From Candidatus Micrarchaeota archaeon (GTDB lineage Archaea; Micrarchaeota; Micrarchaeia; Norongarragalinales; JBBILJ01): DNA of 38,676 nt. Numbering within the stretch: position 1 is the first letter of the stretch; each line of letters starts with the position of its first letter. The stretch is taken from assembly GCA_037444945.1 (NCBI GenBank), contig JBBILJ010000002.1, positions 1-38,676 on the forward strand. The letters are read 5' to 3'. Shown in pieces: positions 26,253-35,561 of the stretch. The position numbers and the translations under genes were made by a program. The notes under the pieces were generated by a model. That model searched no databases and was not told where the DNA came from. It was given only the letters and a program-made list of their open reading frames with translations.

Positions 26253-28013
26253 GCCTTGCACGCTGCCGTGCGCCGCGATTTTCTTCATTAATTCTTCCGA
26301 GTAAAAACCGCGCCGCACCGCGATTTGCTCGAACAACGCGTTCACTTCCAGCAAGCGCGTGCCTTCGAGGACGTTGCGCTCAAACGCGACCGCGAAGAGT
26401 GGCTCGATGCCCGAACTGCAACCCGCAATAATCGAAATCGTGCCCGTCGGTGCCACTGTCGTCACCGTGGCGTTGCGTGCGTGCTTAGTTTTACGCTCCA
26501 ACCGGCTCCCCTTAAAGGCGGGAAAGTTGCCGCGCCGCCGACCCAACTCTTCCGACGCTTTGCGCGCTTCTTTTTGAATGAACGCCATCACTTTTTCGCC
26601 TTCCCGCAACGCGGCCGCCGAGTCGTACGCGACCCCGCGCTTGAGGAGGTACTCCGCGAAACCCATTACGCCCAAACCGATTTTGCGATTCGCCTTCGTT
26701 TTCCTCTCAATCGCGGGCAAGGCGTAATGGTTCGCGTCAATCACGTTATCCAAAAAATGCACTCCCAACTGCACGAGGTCGCGTAATTTTTCCCAATTCG
26801 CCCGACCCGCGTCATCCACAACGGTCGTGAGGTTGATGCTCCCCAAATTGCATGAGTCAAACGGCTGAATCGGAATTTCGGCGCAGGGGTTTGTTGCCTC
26901 GATTTCGCCGAGTTGAGGCGTCGGCTGCAAACGGTTGACTTCGTCAATGAAAATCAAGCCCGGATCACCCGTACGCCACGCGCTCTCCACAATCGCGTCA
27001 AAAACGGCTCGAGCCCTCACGCTCCGCACCGCTTTTCCCGTTCGAGGATTGATAAGACCGTATTCTTTGTCTTGCTGGGCGGCGCGCAGAAAAGCATCCG
27101 TCACGGCCACGCTCACGTTAAAATTCCGCAGCATTCGGGAGTCGTGCTTCGCCGCAATGAATTCGAAAATGTCGGGGTGATCACACCGCAACACCCCCAT
27201 GTTAGCTCCCCGACGACGTCCCCCTTGTTTGATGACGTCGGTGGTTTTGTCGAAGAGCGTCATGAAGGAGACGGGTCCGGACGCGGCGCCGTGCGTGCTG
27301 CGCACCAAGTCTCCCTTGGGGCGTAAGCGGGAGAACGAGAAGCCGGTGCCGCCGCCGCTTTGCTGGATGACGGCTTGCCATTTGAGGGCGTCGAAAATTC
27401 CTTCCAGCGAGTCCTCGACGGGTAAAACAAAACAGGCACTCAACTGCCCGAGAAGCGTGCCGGCGTTAAAAAGGGTGGGCGAGTTCGGCACGAATTCGCG
27501 TTTGCTCATCGCCGCGTAGAAGCGTTCCGCGGTTTTCTCGACGTGCGCGTGAGAGGCGCCGTACTGCGCGTCCGGGGCCGCGATGGCGCGCGCGACGCGT
27601 CGGAAGAGTTGCGCGGGCGTCTCCACGACGTCGCCTTTGTCGTTGCGCAGCAGGTAGCGTCGCTGCAGCACGACGGCGGCGTTCACGTCGAATTTGAGGT
27701 CGTCGCGGATGCCGAAATCGGTTTTGAGTTTTCGGATTTTGGCGTGCTTGGCGCGGTACTGCACGTAGGTGCGCGCCACGTCCGAAAACCCTTCCTGAAC
27801 GAGCGCGTTTTCGACTTCATCTTGAATTTCTTCCACGCGGGGAGGTTTGGCGCCGAATTTTTCGCCCAGCTCGCGCACGACGCGAGCGGTGACGCCCGCG
27901 GCCGGGAGCTCGTTATGACCGAGGGCGCGGAACGCTTTACGGATCGCGGTCTGGATGCGCAGCGCGTCGAAGGACGCGAGCGAGCCGTCGCGCTTGCGCA
28001 CGAAGCGAACCAT
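25911..28013 (-). CDS. nrdJ: Ribonucleoside-diphosphate/triphosphate reductase, class II (adenosylcobalamin-dependent, NrdJ) with an N-terminal ATP-cone
   Basis: ATP-cone: VRKRDGSLASFDALRIQTAIRKAF. Active-site region: TNPCAEIPIQPFDSCNLGSINL. C-terminal redox pair: CADGSCAF. 700 aa. Confidence 0.93.
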   Translation of the reverse strand: MVRFVRKRDGSLASFDALRIQTAIRKAFRALGHNELPAAGVTARVVRELGEKFGAKPPRVEEIQDEVENALVQEGFSDVARTYVQYRAKHAKIRKLKTDFGIRDDLKFDVNAAVVLQRRYLLRNDKGDVVETPAQLFRRVARAIAAPDAQYGASHAHVEKTAERFYAAMSKREFVPNSPTLFNAGTLLGQLSACFVLPVEDSLEGIFDALKWQAVIQQSGGGTGFSFSRLRPKGDLVRSTHGAASGPVSFMTLFDKTTDVIKQGGRRRGANMGVLRCDHPDIFEFIAAKHDSRMLRNFNVSVAVTDAFLRAAQQDKEYGLINPRTGKAVRSVRARAVFDAIVESAWRTGDPGLIFIDEVNRLQPTPQLGEIEATNPCAEIPIQPFDSCNLGSINLTTVVDDAGRANWEKLRDLVQLGVHFLDNVIDANHYALPAIERKTKANRKIGLGVMGFAEYLLKRGVAYDSAAALREGEKVMAFIQKEARKASEELGRRRGNFPAFKGSRLERKTKHARNATVTTVAPTGTISIIAGCSSGIEPLFAVAFERNVLEGTRLLEVNALFEQIAVRRGFYSEELMKKIAAHGSVQGLSEVPKDVQKLFKTALEIPVEQHVKMQAAFQKNVENAVSKTVNLPENAKPSDVRKAYLLAWKLKCKGITIYRYGSKPEQVLTLGAKEGKPKPVTASSEYGGDNPGCADGSCAF

Positions 28014-28060
28014 GTCTTGAGTGCCGCTTAGCGTGCCATCACTTAAACCTTTTTCGAGGG

Positions 28061-28068
28061 TTTTAAAG
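28061..28068 (+). promoter_or_regulatory. TATA-box-like TTTTAAAG
   Basis: It lies 23 nt upstream of the gatD ATG (28091). A second element, ACTTAAACC (28041-28049), lies 28 nt from the divergent nrdJ start. Confidence 0.45.
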
Positions 28069-28090
28069 CCCTGACTTCCTTGCTACCGCC

Positions 28091-29437
28091 ATGGTTTACT
28101 CGCCGCGCCTTGAGCGCGTTTTTGTTGCCGCCCGCGTGCAGCCCGGCGATGTCGTTCGCGTCACCTTGAACGGCGCCTCGTTTGAAGGCGTCCTGCTTCC
28201 CCACTCCTCACTCGAGCCCTCTGACGCGCTCGTCCTCAAACTCAAGAGCGGGTATAACGTCGGCTTGGCGTGGAAGGACGGCGGCGTCCTCGAAGGCACG
28301 GGGGGCCGCGTGGCGCTTTCAAAGTTTCCTGAACTCGCCCCCACCACTAAAGGGCTGCTCAAAGTGGTGCTGGTCGCGACGGGCGGCACCATTGCTTCGC
28401 GTGTGGATTACCGCACGGGTGGCGTCCATATGCTGCTCAAGCCCGAGGAACTTCTCGCGACAGTGCCCGAGCTTGCCGATCTCGTGGACCTTAAAATTGT
28501 GGCTCCTTTCGCCCTCGCCAGCGAAGACCTAGGCCCGATCGAGTGGGGGCGAATCGCTAAAGCGGTTGCCGATGAGTTGAATGCGGGCGCTTCTGGCGCC
28601 ATCGTGACACACGGCACGGACACTCTTGCGTACAGCGCGGCCGCGCTTTCATTTATGCTGCGTGATTTGGGCAAGCCCGTCGCGCTCGTGGGTGCGCAAC
28701 GCTCTGCGGACCGCGGCAGCTTTGATGGCGCCCTCAACTTGTTGTGCGGTGCGCGCTACGCGTCATCGGCGTACGCGGGCGTCGCCGTCGTGATGCATGC
28801 TTCCAACTCGGATGATTACTGCCACGCGATTCGCGGCACCAAGGCGCGCAAACTGCACACGAGCGCGCGCAGCGCGTTCCACTCCATCAACGCCCCGCCG
28901 CTTCTCAACATTTGGCCGGACGGCAAAATCGAGGAAGTTTCCAACAGCGGCGCGCAACTGCTTAAGCGCAACGACGCTCTCCTGACTCGCCCCCAAACCG
29001 CGTTCGAACAAAAAGTCGCGCTCGTCAAAGTTTATCCCGGCATGGATCCAGCCGTCATTGATTACTATACCTCGCAAGGCTATCGCGGTCTGGTGTTGGA
29101 AGCCTTCGCGCTCGGCCACGTCCCCACGCAGACGCTCGACCCCGCGGCCTCCCTCATCCCAGCGGTGAAGCGCGCGGTGGACGCGGGCGTGTTCGTTTGC
29201 GTTGCGTCCCAATCCATCCACGGCGCCGTGAACCCGTTCGTGTACTCGAACTTGCGCCGCCTCGCCGCCACGGGCGCCGTTTTCTGCCGCGATATGCTCG
29301 CCGAAACCGCGCTGGTGAAGCTCGGCTGGGTGCTCGCCCGCGCGCGCACTCGCGAAGAAGCCAAAACGCTTTTCCTTGACAACCTCGCTGGCGAGTACTC
29401 GGAGCGCCTCCTCGAAAGCACCACGCAGAACGATTGA
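28091..29437 (+). CDS. gatD: Glutamyl-tRNA(Gln) amidotransferase subunit D
   Basis: Asparaginase-type motifs VVLVATGGTIASRVDYRTGG and VTHGTDTLAYSAA. It is followed directly by gatE. Confidence 0.93.
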   Translation: MVYSPRLERVFVAARVQPGDVVRVTLNGASFEGVLLPHSSLEPSDALVLKLKSGYNVGLAWKDGGVLEGTGGRVALSKFPELAPTTKGLLKVVLVATGGTIASRVDYRTGGVHMLLKPEELLATVPELADLVDLKIVAPFALASEDLGPIEWGRIAKAVADELNAGASGAIVTHGTDTLAYSAAALSFMLRDLGKPVALVGAQRSADRGSFDGALNLLCGARYASSAYAGVAVVMHASNSDDYCHAIRGTKARKLHTSARSAFHSINAPPLLNIWPDGKIEEVSNSGAQLLKRNDALLTRPQTAFEQKVALVKVYPGMDPAVIDYYTSQGYRGLVLEAFALGHVPTQTLDPAASLIPAVKRAVDAGVFVCVASQSIHGAVNPFVYSNLRRLAATGAVFCRDMLAETALVKLGWVLARARTREEAKTLFLDNLAGEYSERLLESTTQND

Positions 29438-29442
29438 ACGCC

Positions 29443-31380
29443 ATGACTTCTCCTCTCAACCCCGCTTCTTCCGCGCGCTCTCCCTCGCCACTCCCCGCGA
29501 TTGATTACGCGGCTCTGGGTTTCCGCTGCGGCCTCGAAATCCACCAGCGCGTGGACTCCACGAAACTCTTCTGCAATTGTTACGCGAACCCGAGCGCATC
29601 GAGCAGCGGGGCGGAGGACAAAATCGACGAGACGAACTGCCTCGTGCTTCGCCGCCAGTTGCGCGCCGTCGCGGGCGAAACCGGGCAAGTCGACGTGGCG
29701 GCCGGCTTTCAAACCCGAGTCCAGCGCACCTTCACATACTTCGTCCCCGAAGGCAAAGCGTGCGCCGTCGAGTGCGACGACGAGCCACCCCACGCCCTCA
29801 ACGCGCAAGCCCTCGATGTCGCGCTCCAAACCGCTCTCGCGCTGCACTGCCGCGTGGTGGACGAGCTACACGTGATGCGTAAAACCGTGGTGGACGGCTC
29901 CGCCGTCAGCGGCTTTCAACGCACCGCCCTACTCGGTCTCGACGGCTCCCTCGACACCCCGCGCGGCCCCGTCGCAATCCCCACCCTTTGCCTCGAGGAG
30001 GAAAGCGCGGGCATCGTTGAGGACGTGCCGGACGCGTTCCGCCTCGACCGCATCGGCATTCCCCTGATTGAAATCGCGACGGACGCTTCAATTCGCGACG
30101 GCGGGCACGCGCGCCAAGTCGCTGAACAAATCGGCGCCGTGCTGCGCAGCACGGGCCGCGTTCAACGCGGCCTTGGAAGTGTGCGTCAAGACCTCAATGT
30201 CTCCATCACGGGTGGGGCGCGCGTCGAAATCAAGGGCGCTCAAGACCTCGACGCCGTGCCGCTCCTCATCGAGAACGAGGTGCGCCGCCAACTCGTTTTG
30301 CTCGCAGTGCGCGACGAGCTCCGCCGCCGCAACCCCCCGCTCGCCGCCGTGGAGGCGCGCGACGCGACGCACCTCTTTGCTGGCACCAAGAGCGCCCTCC
30401 TCTCCAAAGCGCTGGCGCGCGGCGAGCGCGCTTTCGCCCTCAAACTCCCGGGTTTGCGCGGATTGCTGGGTCGCGAACTCCTCCCGGGTTTGCGTTTCGG
30501 CAGCGAGCTCGCCGCTTACGCACGCGCCGCCGCTGGCGTGAAGGGTCTGATTCATAGTGACGAAGACCCCGTCAAGTACGGCCTTGGGCGTGACGAAATC
30601 GCGGCCCTCGAAAAATTCCTTGGCGCCGCGGCCCCGAACGCGAGCGTGCCCGCTGGCGATGGGTGGCTTCTCGTCGCCGCGCGCGAACCCGTCGCACGCA
30701 AAGCACTGACGGCTGCCGCCGAGCGCTGCAACCGCGCTCGCGAGGGTGTGCCGGAGGAAACCCGTCGCGCCGAGGGAACATTGAGCGTCTTTATGCGTCC
30801 TCTGCCGGGTGCGGCGCGCCTCTATCCGGAAACCGATGTGCCCCCCGTTTCGCTTGCCGCGCTGCGTGGCTCCGTCAAGCCCCCTGAATCCATGGCGGAG
30901 AAGCGCGCCAAGTATCTCGCGTGGGGTGTCGGGGACGCGCTCGCTGATCAACTTCTCCGATCGCCGGTGTTCCCGCGCTTCGAGCGCCTCGTCGAGGCGG
31001 GCGCGAGCGCGCCCCTCGCCGCTGCTTTGCTCCTCGAAACTTTGGTGAGCTTGCGCCGCGATGGCGTTCCCGTCGACGCCCTTCCCGACGCCGTGCTCTC
31101 CACCAGTCTCTCCCTTGTGCGGTCGGGGCGGTTGGCGCGCGGGGCCCTTCCTGAACTTCTCCAACTCTGCGCGCAACGCCCTGGCGAGGAGCCGGGTGAG
31201 CTCGCTGCCGCGAACAACCTTGAGCGCGTGACGGGCTCGGCGCTGCGCGCTCTCGTGCAGTCTTATCGCGAGAAGGGTTTGATTGGCGCCGCGCTCGTGC
31301 AAGCCGTGATGCGGGAGCATCGTTTGCGAGTGGATGCGAGTGAAGTCGCCGCGCTTGCCGCTGCGCGCGAGCGCCCTTAA
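29443..31380 (+). CDS. gatE: Glutamyl-tRNA(Gln) amidotransferase subunit E
   Basis: DYAALGFRCGLEIHQRVDSTKLFCNC and the GatB/E core. I took ATG 29443; a TTG at 29434, overlapping the gatD TGA, is the alternative start given in the ORF track. Confidence 0.92.
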   Translation: MTSPLNPASSARSPSPLPAIDYAALGFRCGLEIHQRVDSTKLFCNCYANPSASSSGAEDKIDETNCLVLRRQLRAVAGETGQVDVAAGFQTRVQRTFTYFVPEGKACAVECDDEPPHALNAQALDVALQTALALHCRVVDELHVMRKTVVDGSAVSGFQRTALLGLDGSLDTPRGPVAIPTLCLEEESAGIVEDVPDAFRLDRIGIPLIEIATDASIRDGGHARQVAEQIGAVLRSTGRVQRGLGSVRQDLNVSITGGARVEIKGAQDLDAVPLLIENEVRRQLVLLAVRDELRRRNPPLAAVEARDATHLFAGTKSALLSKALARGERAFALKLPGLRGLLGRELLPGLRFGSELAAYARAAAGVKGLIHSDEDPVKYGLGRDEIAALEKFLGAAAPNASVPAGDGWLLVAAREPVARKALTAAAERCNRAREGVPEETRRAEGTLSVFMRPLPGAARLYPETDVPPVSLAALRGSVKPPESMAEKRAKYLAWGVGDALADQLLRSPVFPRFERLVEAGASAPLAAALLLETLVSLRRDGVPVDALPDAVLSTSLSLVRSGRLARGALPELLQLCAQRPGEEPGELAAANNLERVTGSALRALVQSYREKGLIGAALVQAVMREHRLRVDASEVAALAAARERP

Positions 31381-31449
31381 ATATGTTTATATTGCGCGCC
31401 GCCCTTGGGAGCGCTTGGAGCGCCTCGGGGGCGCCTCGCGGTGTATTTC

Positions 31450-32472
31450 ATGCCGGATGACGAAGAATTTTTGCTTGAAGGACAGCCGTCGCCGCTTTCG
31501 CGCGTCACGGACTTCGTCAAGTCGCACCTTGGCTTCATCGCAGTCCTCCTCGTCCTCATAGTTGTTGTGTGGGTGTACCTTAACGTCCTGCCGCACTCGA
31601 CGACGCTCAAAGTCAACGTGTCCGAGTTGGACGGCAATGCTGTGGACGCGGACGTGACGGTGAGCGCAAACGGGAAAGTCCTCAAAAGCGGCACGACCGA
31701 TGGCGGCTTTATCGCGTTCACCGGCATCCCGACGCGCACGGAACTTCAAATCGATGTGGACCCGTCCGCGTACTCCTCGGTCCTCAAAAAAGCGACTCAC
31801 ACGCTTACCCTTAATTCCGATGAGGGCGGTTCCGCGTCCATTGATCTCGAGCGCGCGTATTCTTCCGGCCTCGAGCTCGGTGAAGTGACGCCCGCAGCGG
31901 GTCTCATTGGTGAGGGCTGTGCCCCGACCTTCCAGCTTCCGGTCACGAACAAGAATACGAACGCCGTCACGCTCGAGCTCGCTTCGAATAGTCCCGACGC
32001 CTTCTCGTCTTCGGACTCGCAGACCCTCGCGGCTGGTGAAACGAAGTCTCTTTCCTTCACCATTACGCCGCCTACAACGGCCTCTAAGTCGTCCTCGTTC
32101 TCGGTGGCGGTGCGTGTTAAACACACCAACCAGAAGAAAGACCTCTCCTTCACGGTCGGCGACCCCGCTAAGCTTTCCCTTAGCCCCTCCGAAATCCACT
32201 GCCCCGACTCGGGCTGCACGAAAGCCGTCACCATCACGCTCACCAACAGCGGCAAGTCCCCCATCACGGACATCGTGGCGCAACTCATCGGGGAATTTCA
32301 ATCCGGCGATATTACATTCACGTCATACAATGAAGGTCAGCACATCACGCTCGGCCCCGACGAGAAATACACGTTCTTCGTCAAAGTGACGTCCAGCGCG
32401 AAAGGTAAAGTCGGAAAACTCCGCGTCACGAGCAGTTGCCCGCCCCCCCTTGAAATCGCCATTACTCCCTAA
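31450..32472 (+). CDS. N-terminally membrane-anchored extracellular beta-sandwich protein, first gene of the pilus locus
   Basis: I set the start at ATG 31450 (MPDDEEF); the track's TTG at 31405 is too close to the TTTATATT element at 31386-31393. One TM helix (FIAVLLVLIVVVWVYL). Then a carboxypeptidase-regulatory-like module (TLKVNVSELDGNAVDADVTVSANGKVLKSGTTDGGFIAFTGIP). Then two Ig/CARDB-like modules. Confidence 0.6.
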   Translation: MPDDEEFLLEGQPSPLSRVTDFVKSHLGFIAVLLVLIVVVWVYLNVLPHSTTLKVNVSELDGNAVDADVTVSANGKVLKSGTTDGGFIAFTGIPTRTELQIDVDPSAYSSVLKKATHTLTLNSDEGGSASIDLERAYSSGLELGEVTPAAGLIGEGCAPTFQLPVTNKNTNAVTLELASNSPDAFSSSDSQTLAAGETKSLSFTITPPTTASKSSSFSVAVRVKHTNQKKDLSFTVGDPAKLSLSPSEIHCPDSGCTKAVTITLTNSGKSPITDIVAQLIGEFQSGDITFTSYNEGQHITLGPDEKYTFFVKVTSSAKGKVGKLRVTSSCPPPLEIAITP

Positions 32473-32493
32473 CTCTCGCACCCCGTCTCGCTC

Positions 32494-32534
32494 TTTTTTG
32501 CGCCCTTGCCCGCGTTCTCCTCCAGCTTTTTTTT
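32494..32534 (+). terminator. Two oligo-T tracts (T6 at 32494-32499, T8 at 32527-32534)
   Basis: Both are located in the 150-nt spacer after the 32472 stop and before the TATA element of the ATPase gene. Confidence 0.4.
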
Positions 32535-32584
32535 CGGGCTCTCCCTCGCCATCTTTGCCGCTTTTTGCGCGCTGGCGCGTTCGC

Positions 32585-32592
32585 TTTTTATA
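32585..32592 (+). promoter_or_regulatory. TATA-box-like TTTTTATA
   Basis: It lies 31 nt upstream of ATG 32623 (MASYLDSL), which supports the internal start rather than the track's 32506 start. Confidence 0.5.
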
Positions 32593-32622
32593 CTCTCCTT
32601 CCCTGCCTTTGAACGATTCGCC

Positions 32623-34356
32623 ATGGCGTCCTACCTCGATTCCCTCGTCAAGAAAGCCAAGGCCTCGAAGAGCACGACGCCTGCCGCGTCACCCGCTGTG
32701 CGCGTGACCGAAGGCGAAAAACCATCGAGGGGTCCCAAGCCCAGCGCGGCCGCGTCACCCGCCGTCGAAGCACCCGCGTCTGCTCTCGCATCAATCGCCA
32801 TCGTTTCTCCCATTCCCCCGGCTCCTTCGGTGGCTGCTCCCGGCGCTCTTGCATTCGGCGCGCCGCAACCTCGCCGGCAAACGCCTCGCGGCGAGGACGA
32901 GGAGGAGCCGGCGAATCGCGTCCTCGTCGAATCGTACGGGTCCGCGAAGATTTACCGCGTGCCCGGCGAGCCGCTTTTCTGGTACGACGTCCCCGCCATT
33001 CATTACCGTGGTGACGAGAAGGCGCTTATCGACGCCCTCGTCGAAATCGCGAGCAAAGTCATCACGTTCGAGGAGCCGTACGCGACGCCGGAGCAGAAGC
33101 GCGACGCGTTCTTCAAGCAACTCCTTGAAATCATCGACGCGACCCCGGAGTTGCGCGTGCCACCGAACGCGCGTGAGTTTTACGCTCGCGCTGTCGTGCA
33201 GGAAATGGTGGGTTTCGGCCAACTCGACCCCCTCCTCGAAGACGACCACCTCGAAGAAATCATGGTGCTCGGACCCAACCGCCCCACCTACGTGTTCCAC
33301 CGCAAGTATGAAATGATGCGAACCAACGTCGTGTTCTACGATGACGTCGATATCCGCGACCTCATCGACCGCATCGCGCGCGACGTGGGTCGCCGCATCG
33401 ACTTCGCCAGCCCGCTGCTCGACGCGCGCTTGCCGGACGGCACGCGTGTGAACGCTACCATCCCGCCCGCCTCCATCGACGGCTCCACGCTTACCATCCG
33501 CAAGTTCCGCACCGACCCCTTCACCGTCGTCGACCTAATGGACCTCGGCACCCTCAACTCGGAAGTCGCTGCGTTCCTCTGGCTCGCCACGGACGGCCTC
33601 GGCGCGCGCCCCGCCAACATTCTCGTCTCCGGCGGCACTGCCTCGGGTAAAACCTCGACGCTCAACATGTTGTGCTCTTTCGTTCCCGCCAACGAGCGCG
33701 TCATTACGGCAGAAGACGTCGCCGAACTCGCTCTCCCGCTGCCGCACTGGATCCGCCTTGAAACCCGCCCACCCGGCATCGAGGGCAGTGGCGAAATCGA
33801 CCTCAACACGCTGGTGAAAAACATTCTCCATATGCGGCCAGACCGCATCATTGTTGGTGAAATCCGAGCCGAGGAAGGCTTTACGCTCTTTAGCGCCATG
33901 AACACGGGGCACATGGGGAGCATGGGGACCGTGCACGCGAACTCGGCGCGTGAAACGCTTATCCGCCTCGCGAATCCCCCCATCAGCGTGCCTGAAATCA
34001 TGTTGGACTCTCTCAACTTCATCGTGATGCAGCAGCGCGTCAACGACCGCCGCAAAGGCCTCATCCGCCGCATCACTGAAATCGCGGAAATCGTCCCAAC
34101 CGAAAGCGGCATTCCCAGCCTGCAAGTCCTCTACAACTGGGACGCCGCCACCGACACCCTCACCGCCACGGGCGTCCCCTCCGCCTACCTACAAACCCTC
34201 TCCCGCTTCACCGGCCTCTCGAAAGAACTCATCCAGCAGGAAATCGACGCTCGCCGCAAAGTCCTCGAAGAAATGCAGCACAACGGCATCCGCAGCATTG
34301 AGAGCGTCACCGAAATCACGCAGAAATACATCCTCCGCCAAAAAGGCCGCATCTAA
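32623..34356 (+). CDS. Type IV filament assembly ATPase (T2SSE family; TadA/EpdL/FlaI-like) with an Ala/Pro-rich N-terminal extension
   Basis: Walker A SGGTASGKTSTLNML, Asp box VITAEDVAELAL, Walker B HMRPDRIIVGEIRAEEG and His box GHMGSMGTVHANS. The first approximately 100 aa are low complexity (TTPAASPAVR...PKPSAAASPAVEAPASA...PPAPSVAAPG). Confidence 0.92.
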   Translation: MASYLDSLVKKAKASKSTTPAASPAVRVTEGEKPSRGPKPSAAASPAVEAPASALASIAIVSPIPPAPSVAAPGALAFGAPQPRRQTPRGEDEEEPANRVLVESYGSAKIYRVPGEPLFWYDVPAIHYRGDEKALIDALVEIASKVITFEEPYATPEQKRDAFFKQLLEIIDATPELRVPPNAREFYARAVVQEMVGFGQLDPLLEDDHLEEIMVLGPNRPTYVFHRKYEMMRTNVVFYDDVDIRDLIDRIARDVGRRIDFASPLLDARLPDGTRVNATIPPASIDGSTLTIRKFRTDPFTVVDLMDLGTLNSEVAAFLWLATDGLGARPANILVSGGTASGKTSTLNMLCSFVPANERVITAEDVAELALPLPHWIRLETRPPGIEGSGEIDLNTLVKNILHMRPDRIIVGEIRAEEGFTLFSAMNTGHMGSMGTVHANSARETLIRLANPPISVPEIMLDSLNFIVMQQRVNDRRKGLIRRITEIAEIVPTESGIPSLQVLYNWDAATDTLTATGVPSAYLQTLSRFTGLSKELIQQEIDARRKVLEEMQHNGIRSIESVTEITQKYILRQKGRI

Positions 34357-34426
34357 AACCCGACTTCACGCGAACCATCCGGCCCCCCGCCTCGTCCGTT
34401 AAAACTTTTCCCGGGTCCTCACCTCA

Positions 34427-35533
34427 ATGCCTGCCGAAAAACCGCTCGAAAAAATCAAAGCCGAAATCATGGGCGGCAAGGAGGAGGAAGAGCTCGAAGA
34501 GCGACGCGTCGGCAAAGTCGTCGACCGCCTCAAAAAAGAGCGCACCTCCGAACGCGAAACAAAGGAGCGCTCCGTCGCGCAGATGCGCGAACAACTCGTC
34601 GGCGCCGTGAAACGCGCCCGCCTCAACTTCGGCCGCGTGAGTGGTGACCTCGCCAAACGCGACGACCTCACCTTCATCGGGCGCTTCTACACGACCTTCG
34701 AGCGACCCGTCTCCACCCTCGCTGGCTTGCTCTTCACGCTTCCCGCCGCCGAAAACCTGCAAATCGATCTCGACTCCGCCGACATCCGTCTGAGCGTGGA
34801 GGCGTACCTTGTCGTCGCCGCCTCCTTTGCCGTCCTCCTCGCCGCCATCGTGTTCTTCGGCGTGGGCCTGCTCGGCATCCTCCTCGGCGACGCCAACTTC
34901 GCCTTCGTTGCGCCCGCTTTCGCGATCGCCATCTTCGTTATTGCCATCATTGTCGGCCTACTCTATCCCGGCTTGCGCGCGAACGAGCGCGCCATGAAAA
35001 TCAACCGCGACCTCCCCCTCGCGCTCCGCCAACTCTCCACCCAAATCCGCGCCGGCGTCTCCTTCAACAAGGCGCTGCAAAGCATCGCGAACGCCAAGTA
35101 CGGCGTCCTCTCGCAGGAAATCCAGCGCGTCGTCACCGACATGGAGGCCGGCGAGAGCACGGAAGACGCCCTCGCGCGCCTCGTGCGCCGCACGCGCAGC
35201 AAGGGCCTTAAGCGCGCTCTCGTGCAGCTCGTGCGCGCCCTCCGCACCGGCGGCCGCCTCTCCGACGTCGTGAACGCGATCGCGGAAGACGTCTCGTTCG
35301 AGACACGCATGGCGGTGCGCGACTTCACGGAAATCCTCAACCTCATCTCCGTCATCTACATCGTAGTCGCCGTCGTTGCACCCGTCACGCTCACCATTAT
35401 TTCCGCCATCGTGCAGCTCCCCATGCTCGGCGGCACCGTCCCCAAAATCATTATCTACTTCGCCTTCGCCGCCATTGCAGTCGGCATCGGCAGCATCATC
35501 TTCATCACGCAACGCCTCGAACCCTCCACGTAA
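34427..35533 (+). CDS. Type IV filament platform protein, single T2SSF domain (TadB-like half)
   Basis: A charged N-terminal region, then TM helices, then one T2SSF cytoplasmic domain (DLPLALRQLSTQIRAGVSFNKALQSIANAKYGVLSQEIQRVVTDMEAGESTEDAL...LVRALRTGGRLSDVVNAIAED), then C-terminal TM helices. Confidence 0.8.
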   Translation: MPAEKPLEKIKAEIMGGKEEEELEERRVGKVVDRLKKERTSERETKERSVAQMREQLVGAVKRARLNFGRVSGDLAKRDDLTFIGRFYTTFERPVSTLAGLLFTLPAAENLQIDLDSADIRLSVEAYLVVAASFAVLLAAIVFFGVGLLGILLGDANFAFVAPAFAIAIFVIAIIVGLLYPGLRANERAMKINRDLPLALRQLSTQIRAGVSFNKALQSIANAKYGVLSQEIQRVVTDMEAGESTEDALARLVRRTRSKGLKRALVQLVRALRTGGRLSDVVNAIAEDVSFETRMAVRDFTEILNLISVIYIVVAVVAPVTLTIISAIVQLPMLGGTVPKIIIYFAFAAIAVGIGSIIFITQRLEPST

Positions 35534-35561
35534 CTCGCACCACCCGAACTGAGCCTCGAAC

